The translations under genes were made by a program, and so were the position numbers. From positions 1 to 12,155 of the forward strand of contig JAVRLY010000037.1 of NCBI GenBank assembly GCA_031960885.1: a DNA stretch of 12,155 nt. Reading direction: 5' to 3'. The notes beneath the pieces were generated by a model. The model worked only from the letters and a program-made list of their open reading frames with translations. It was not told where the DNA came from and searched no databases. Position 1 is the first letter of the stretch. Every line of letters starts with the position of its first letter. This document shows positions 7,442-12,155 of the stretch, piece after piece. The DNA comes from Desulfurella sp. GTDB taxonomy: Bacteria; Campylobacterota_A; Desulfurellia; Desulfurellales; Desulfurellaceae.

Positions 7442-8643
7442 CCGCCTTTAATAGTTTGTCCCATTTTGAATATTGGCAAATACATAGCTATAACAAGCGT
7501 ACCTACTATAATACCTAAAAATACTATTATTATAGGCTCAAGCATCGTAGTTAAGTTTTTAACGCTATTATCCACTTCTTCTTCATAGTATTGTGATACC
7601 TTTATGAGCATATCTTCCAATTTACCAGTTTCCTCGCCAACAGAAACCATTTGAGACACCATTTCAGGGAAAATTCCTGCTTTTTGTATAGGCTCAGAAA
7701 TACTAGACCCCTCTTTTACAGATTCTCTTATCTTATCTAAGGCGTTTTCTATAACAAGATTACCAGAAGTTTTTGCACCAATGTCTATAGCCTCAAGTAT
7801 ACTAACGCCACCCGATGTAAGCATAGATAGAATCGATGAAAATCTTGCAATTGATGTTTTTAATATCAGTACACCCATCAGAGGCAGTTTGAGCATAATA
7901 GAATCTATGTATGTTCTGAATTTTACGCTTTTCTTTTTTGCAAAAACAAAAGCACCACTGAGAACAACAAGTATAATTAAAATAATTATTATATAATTTC
8001 TTAAAAAATTACTTACACTTATTACCATGCGAGTCAAAAAAGGCAACTGCATGCCACTGTCAGCATACATTTTGCTAAATGTCGGTATTACGAATGTCAA
8101 TATCAAAGCAATAACTGCTACAGCTACTATACTTACCATTGTCGGATAAATCAAAGCACCTTTTAGTTTACGTTTTAAAGCTAAATCCTTTTCCATAGTA
8201 ATTACAAGTCTTTGCAACACAACATCCAAATTACCGCTTGCTTCACCTGATTCTACCATATTTATGTACAATGTAGAAAATACACTACTATAGTCTCTTA
8301 GTGCATTTGAAAAAGAAGAGCCAGCTTCAACTTTTTCTTTAATATCTCTTATAACTCTTTTCAATTTTGGGTTTTTAACTTGTTCAATTAAAATATTAAA
8401 AGCCGAAACTATTGGAATGCCTGCGTTTAACATAATAGATAGTTGTTTTGTCATGATCATAATATCTTTTTGCTTTATTTTATTTAAAAAATCCAACTCA
8501 ATTGGAGGTGCCGACCGTTTAATAGATAACACATTAATATTTTGCTTTTTTAATTTCATAATAGCAGCTTCTTTACTTTCTGCTATAACTTCGCCTTTGC
8601 GCTTAATGTTGTTTACTGAGCCTTTCCATCTAAAATATGGCAT
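7438..8643 (-). CDS. pilC: Type IV pilus inner-membrane platform protein PilC (GspF family)
   Basis: 401 aa. KQLSIMLNAGIPI, GEASGNLDVVL, GALIYP, FVIPTF, VGEETGKLEDML, YYEEEVD, LEPIII, AMYLPIF. SD GGAG. Confidence 0.93.
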   Translation of the reverse strand: MPYFRWKGSVNNIKRKGEVIAESKEAAIMKLKKQNINVLSIKRSAPPIELDFLNKIKQKDIMIMTKQLSIMLNAGIPIVSAFNILIEQVKNPKLKRVIRDIKEKVEAGSSFSNALRDYSSVFSTLYINMVESGEASGNLDVVLQRLVITMEKDLALKRKLKGALIYPTMVSIVAVAVIALILTFVIPTFSKMYADSGMQLPFLTRMVISVSNFLRNYIIIILIILVVLSGAFVFAKKKSVKFRTYIDSIMLKLPLMGVLILKTSIARFSSILSMLTSGGVSILEAIDIGAKTSGNLVIENALDKIRESVKEGSSISEPIQKAGIFPEMVSQMVSVGEETGKLEDMLIKVSQYYEEEVDNSVKNLTTMLEPIIIVFLGIIVGTLVIAMYLPIFKMGQTIKGG

Positions 8644-8645
8644 TT

Positions 8646-9731
8646 TTAACTCCTTGCAAATTTTATTCTATCAAGCATGTTTTTTAATTCATCTTTGTTT
8701 AGCGAAGCATTAAGTGCATCATTGTAAGAAATTAAATTCTTCGAATAAAGCTCAAATAGCGATTGATTGAAGATTTTCATACCCGTTTTTTCTTGACCTA
8801 TTTGCATAGCTGAGTAAATTTGGGGTATTTTATTTTCTCTAATGAGGTTTCTTATGGCTGGGTTTGGCATCATAATTTCAACAGCTACAACCCTGCCTGA
8901 ATTATCTTTTTTCTTTAATAGCGCTTGCGTTACTATACCCTGTATTGATGTTGATAGTTGAACCCTTACTTGCTCTTGTTGGGATGAAGGAAATACATCT
9001 ACTATCCTTGTTATAGTTTCTGCAGCTGAATTTGTATGAAGCGTTGCAAAAACTAAATGACCTGTTTCAGCTACAGTCAATGCTGCAGCAATAGTTTCAG
9101 CATCACGCATTTCTCCAATTAGTATAACATCTGGATCCTGGCGCATGATATGTTTTAATCCTTGGGCAAAACTAGCTGTGTCTGTGCCTACTTCCCTTTG
9201 GTTGATAAGGGCTTTGTTGTGTTTATATGTAAATTCGATAGGATCTTCTAGTGTGATAATATGAACCTGTCTGTTTTTGTTCATTAAATTTATTAGTGCT
9301 GCAAGCGTGGTTGATTTACCAGAACCTGTTGGGCCTGTTACCAATACTAAACCTTTTGGCAAGTTGGCAAATTCTTTAACTATACTTGGCAAGCCCAATG
9401 TATCAAAATCTGGTATTTCTTGTGGAATTACCCTAAATGCTCCTGCAATTGAACCTCTTTGCATAAATACATTTGCTCTAAATCGTGCAAGCTCTGGAAC
9501 ACCAAAAGAAAAATCAACATCAAAGTTTTCTTCAAAGCGCTTTCTATTAAAGTCATTCATAACGCTGTAGCATAAATTTCTTGTATCATTGGGTAACAAA
9601 GCGTCATAATCAAGATTTACAAGGTCTCCATGAATTCTAGCTCTTGGGGGACTTCCTACACTAATATGTAAATCGCTAGCCTTTATTGAACAAATATATT
9701 TTAGTAGCTCAACTAAGTCATTTGCTTGCAT
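8646..9731 (-). CDS. pilT: Type IV pilus retraction ATPase PilT
   Basis: ASDLHIS, RFRANVFMQRG, Walker A GPTGSGKST, TLEDPIEF, NQREVG, RQDPDVILIGEMRD, AETGHLVFATLHT and the diagnostic AIRNLIRE motif. Start reassigned from 9758 (TTG) to the ATG at 9731 (MQANDL), which follows AAGGAG; 361 aa. Confidence 0.95.
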   Translation of the reverse strand: MQANDLVELLKYICSIKASDLHISVGSPPRARIHGDLVNLDYDALLPNDTRNLCYSVMNDFNRKRFEENFDVDFSFGVPELARFRANVFMQRGSIAGAFRVIPQEIPDFDTLGLPSIVKEFANLPKGLVLVTGPTGSGKSTTLAALINLMNKNRQVHIITLEDPIEFTYKHNKALINQREVGTDTASFAQGLKHIMRQDPDVILIGEMRDAETIAAALTVAETGHLVFATLHTNSAAETITRIVDVFPSSQQEQVRVQLSTSIQGIVTQALLKKKDNSGRVVAVEIMMPNPAIRNLIRENKIPQIYSAMQIGQEKTGMKIFNQSLFELYSKNLISYNDALNASLNKDELKNMLDRIKFARS

Positions 9732-9744
9732 ATAAACTCCTTTT

Positions 9745-11442
9745 TTATTGAATTGCAACGCTTAAAACTTCTTCAAGTGTTGTCAAGCCTTGTTTGACTT
9801 TTTGCAAACCATCTTGTTTTAATGTAAGCATGTCTTCTTGAATAGCTTTTTGCATAATTGTATTTTCATCTTTGCCATTAATTATCATCTCCCTTATTTC
9901 ATTATTAATAAGTAGCACTTCAAATATTGCCATTCTACCCTTGTATCCGCTATCCAAACAGTAAGAACAGCCAGTGCCTTTGTATAATTTTATACCGTCT
10001 AAATCATTCTCATTAAAGCCTGATTTTAACAAAACCTCTTTTGGTAAATTCAATGGTTGTTTGCATTTTGGGCATATTTTTCGAACCAATCTTTGTGCCA
10101 AAACTAGTCTAAGAGAGCTTGCAATTAGATACCTATCTATACCCATATCTACAAGCCTTGTGATGGCCGACACTGAGTTATTTGTATGCAAAGTGGTTAG
10201 AACCAAATGCCCAGTAAGCGCAGCACGTATGGCAATTTCGGCTGTTTCTTTGTCTCTAATTTCTCCAACCATAATAATGTCTGGGTCTTGTCTTAAAAAT
10301 GAGCGCAAAACATTACTGAACGTTAAACCTATATCCTCTTTAACTTGTATTTGATTAATACCTTCAAGATTATATTCAACAGGATCTTCAACAGACATAA
10401 TGTTTTTATCATCTTTATTTAGCTCATTTAGGGCAGCATACAAAGTTGTAGATTTTCCAGAGCCTGTTGGACCAGTTACTATAACAATGCCATTTGGTAG
10501 ATTTATTGTGTCTCTAAAACGTTTTAAGTCGATATTTCTCATATTTAAGTTATCAAGAGAAACTCTTATGTTTTCCCTATCAAGCAGTCTCATTACAAGT
10601 TTTTCTCCAAATACAGTGGGTACTGTTGAGACTCTTAAGTCAATTAATTTACCAAGTGTTTTTATTCTAATTCTTCCATCTTGGGGAAGGCGTTTTTCTG
10701 CTATATCTAATTTTGCCATTATTTTAAATCTAGCTGTTAAATTATTTGCTATAGTTTTTGGCGGTGTGTTTACTGTTTTAGCTTTGCCATCTATCCTAAA
10801 TCTTACGCGAAAAGAATTTTCATAGGGTTCTAAATGTATATCAGAAGCTCCTTCTTTTACTGCAGACTCAAGTATACTGTTTGCTAGTTTTATAATCGGT
10901 GCATCATCAACATTGCTTGTTTCATCAAAGTCAATGTTTTCAATCTGTTCAACAGAACTATCCATTTTGTCTGTTACACTTTTAACTAGCACTTCTAAAT
11001 CTTTTGTTGTACCGTAGTATCTTGTAATGTATTCATTTATTTCACTTTCTTTTGCAAGGTAAGCCACAATTTTTTTACCTGTAAGAAACCTCAGCTCATC
11101 AATTAGAAAAATGTTTTCTAGGTTGCAGAAAGCAACTTTTAAAACATTATTTTCTATTGAAAATGGAAATATACTATTTTTACGAGCTAGTTCACTAGGC
11201 ATAAGATTTATGGCCTCTTTTTGCGGCTCTATATTTTTAAGATTAACTATATCTAGGCTATATTTTTTTGCTAAAATTTCAACAAGTTCGTCTTCTGTAA
11301 TCAAATGTTCATCTATTAGTATTTTGCCCAACATTTCGCCTGTTTGTGCTTGTTTTTCTAAGGCTTTATCCAGTTGTTGTTGTGTGATTTTGTTTTCATA
11401 TAGCAACATTGTTCCAAGCAGTTGTTGATTGCGTTTAACCAT
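9745..11442 (-). CDS. pilB: Type IV pilus assembly (extension) ATPase PilB
   Basis: ASDIHLEP, LDIAEKRLPQDGR, Walker A GPTGSGKST, EDPVEY, RQDPDIIMVGEIRD, AALTGHLVLTTLHTN, Zn-binding CPKC...CSYC..GYKGR; N-terminal MshEN-like repeat. Start reassigned from 11454 (TTG) to the ATG at 11442 (MVKRN), which follows GAGGT; 565 aa. Confidence 0.93.
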   Translation of the reverse strand: MVKRNQQLLGTMLLYENKITQQQLDKALEKQAQTGEMLGKILIDEHLITEDELVEILAKKYSLDIVNLKNIEPQKEAINLMPSELARKNSIFPFSIENNVLKVAFCNLENIFLIDELRFLTGKKIVAYLAKESEINEYITRYYGTTKDLEVLVKSVTDKMDSSVEQIENIDFDETSNVDDAPIIKLANSILESAVKEGASDIHLEPYENSFRVRFRIDGKAKTVNTPPKTIANNLTARFKIMAKLDIAEKRLPQDGRIRIKTLGKLIDLRVSTVPTVFGEKLVMRLLDRENIRVSLDNLNMRNIDLKRFRDTINLPNGIVIVTGPTGSGKSTTLYAALNELNKDDKNIMSVEDPVEYNLEGINQIQVKEDIGLTFSNVLRSFLRQDPDIIMVGEIRDKETAEIAIRAALTGHLVLTTLHTNNSVSAITRLVDMGIDRYLIASSLRLVLAQRLVRKICPKCKQPLNLPKEVLLKSGFNENDLDGIKLYKGTGCSYCLDSGYKGRMAIFEVLLINNEIREMIINGKDENTIMQKAIQEDMLTLKQDGLQKVKQGLTTLEEVLSVAIQ

Positions 11443-12155
11443 TAATAACCTCAAATGCGTAATTTAAGTCAAATTTTATGCCAGTCCATATCTTAAACGC
11501 ATAGTAGGCTTGAAAAATAAACATTTTGTTGCCATCTATACCATTTATTCCAAAAGATTTAGCGCTTTTGATTAAAGAAGAGTTGTATATAATGTCTATT
11601 AACAAAGTATTTTTATCTAATTCGTTTAAATCAATTATCCATTCATTTTCTTTTAAACCTACAGATGTAGTATTTACAATTATATCATGTTGATAAATGT
11701 CTTTTTTGCCTATAATATTTATATCTATCAAATATCCAAAGCGTTCCTTTAGTTTGTGTGCATTTTCAAATGTTCTATTGTAAATACTAAGTTTTTTAAC
11801 GCCTTTTTTATAAAATGCGTAAACACAAGCACTAGCTGCACCGCCTGCACCCAAAATGCATATATTTTTTTTGCAATCTATAGATTTGATAGTTTCAAAA
11901 AAGCCTAAGTAATCAGTATTGTACCCAAAAAGCTCACCATCTATGTTTTTTATAGTATTTATTGAACCAATAATTTTTGCTTCTTCTTCTAAATTTTCCA
12001 CTAATTTTAATGCTTCATTTTTAAATGGCAGTGTAATGTTAACGCCTTTGATACCCAAAGACCTAATACCCTCAATTGCTTGTTTTAAGTTATTTACTTC
12101 AAATGCCACATAAATTGCATCAATATTATACTTTTTAAACATAGCATTATGGAGT
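11435..12155 (-). CDS. aroE: Shikimate dehydrogenase (5' end truncated by window edge)
   Basis: Frame is open to the window edge (LHNAMF ~ SP.MHN). GVNITLPFK (catalytic Lys), INT, NTDY.G, GAGGAA, NRT, NTTSVGL, DIIYN, M...QA...F.IW. Confidence 0.93.
   Translation of the reverse strand, partial: LHNAMFKKYNIDAIYVAFEVNNLKQAIEGIRSLGIKGVNITLPFKNEALKLVENLEEEAKIIGSINTIKNIDGELFGYNTDYLGFFETIKSIDCKKNICILGAGGAASACVYAFYKKGVKKLSIYNRTFENAHKLKERFGYLIDINIIGKKDIYQHDIIVNTTSVGLKENEWIIDLNELDKNTLLIDIIYNSSLIKSAKSFGINGIDGNKMFIFQAYYAFKIWTGIKFDLNYAFEVING

Noticed and set aside
9732..9758. ORF-track TTG start for pilT
   Set aside because: Overlaps the pilB end; the ATG at 9731 has a well-spaced AAGGAG SD.
11443..11454. 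ORF-track TTG start for pilB
   Set aside because: The ATG at 11442 is preceded by a GAGGT SD and is the more plausible start.
7781..12113. Plus-strand ORFs within pilC, pilT, pilB and aroE
   Set aside because: Antisense shadows with no independent support.
12140..12142. ATG at 12142 as the aroE start
   Set aside because: The frame stays open to the window edge, and the conserved N-terminal G.P..HS.SP motif must lie outside the window.
1..12155. CRISPR arrays, tRNA/rRNA, riboswitches, tandem repeats
   Set aside because: The only intergenic region longer than about 15 bp is the 97-bp promoter region, and no repeated units were seen on reading.

Overview
AT-rich (roughly 30-35% GC by eye, not computed), gene-dense bacterial chromosomal segment with three transcription units and no visible mobile element, CRISPR array or RNA gene. 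(1) Minus-strand operon 4902->1: hisIE - GT4 glycosyltransferase - argD - pgpA - degenerate CinA-like protein - thpR, joined mostly by ATGA overlaps. (2) Plus-strand sulfur cassette 5000-7441: cysK - iscS/nifS - atypical IscU/NifU-N-like protein, transcribed divergently from a 97-bp intergenic region that holds two back-to-back sigma70-like promoters. (3) Minus-strand aroE (5'-truncated) - pilB - pilT - pilC type IV pilus motor/platform operon, converging on the sulfur cassette with overlapping stop codons. Deltaproteobacteria-type gene order combined with low GC suggests a Desulfurellales-like organism (inference, unverified). Most notable: the CysK-IscS-non-canonical IscU module, a possible sulfur relay rather than an Fe-S scaffold system; an intact CinA-like protein that has lost the catalytic motifs of both domains; a probably leaderless hisIE transcript; and a degenerate c-di-GMP (MshEN) motif in PilB.
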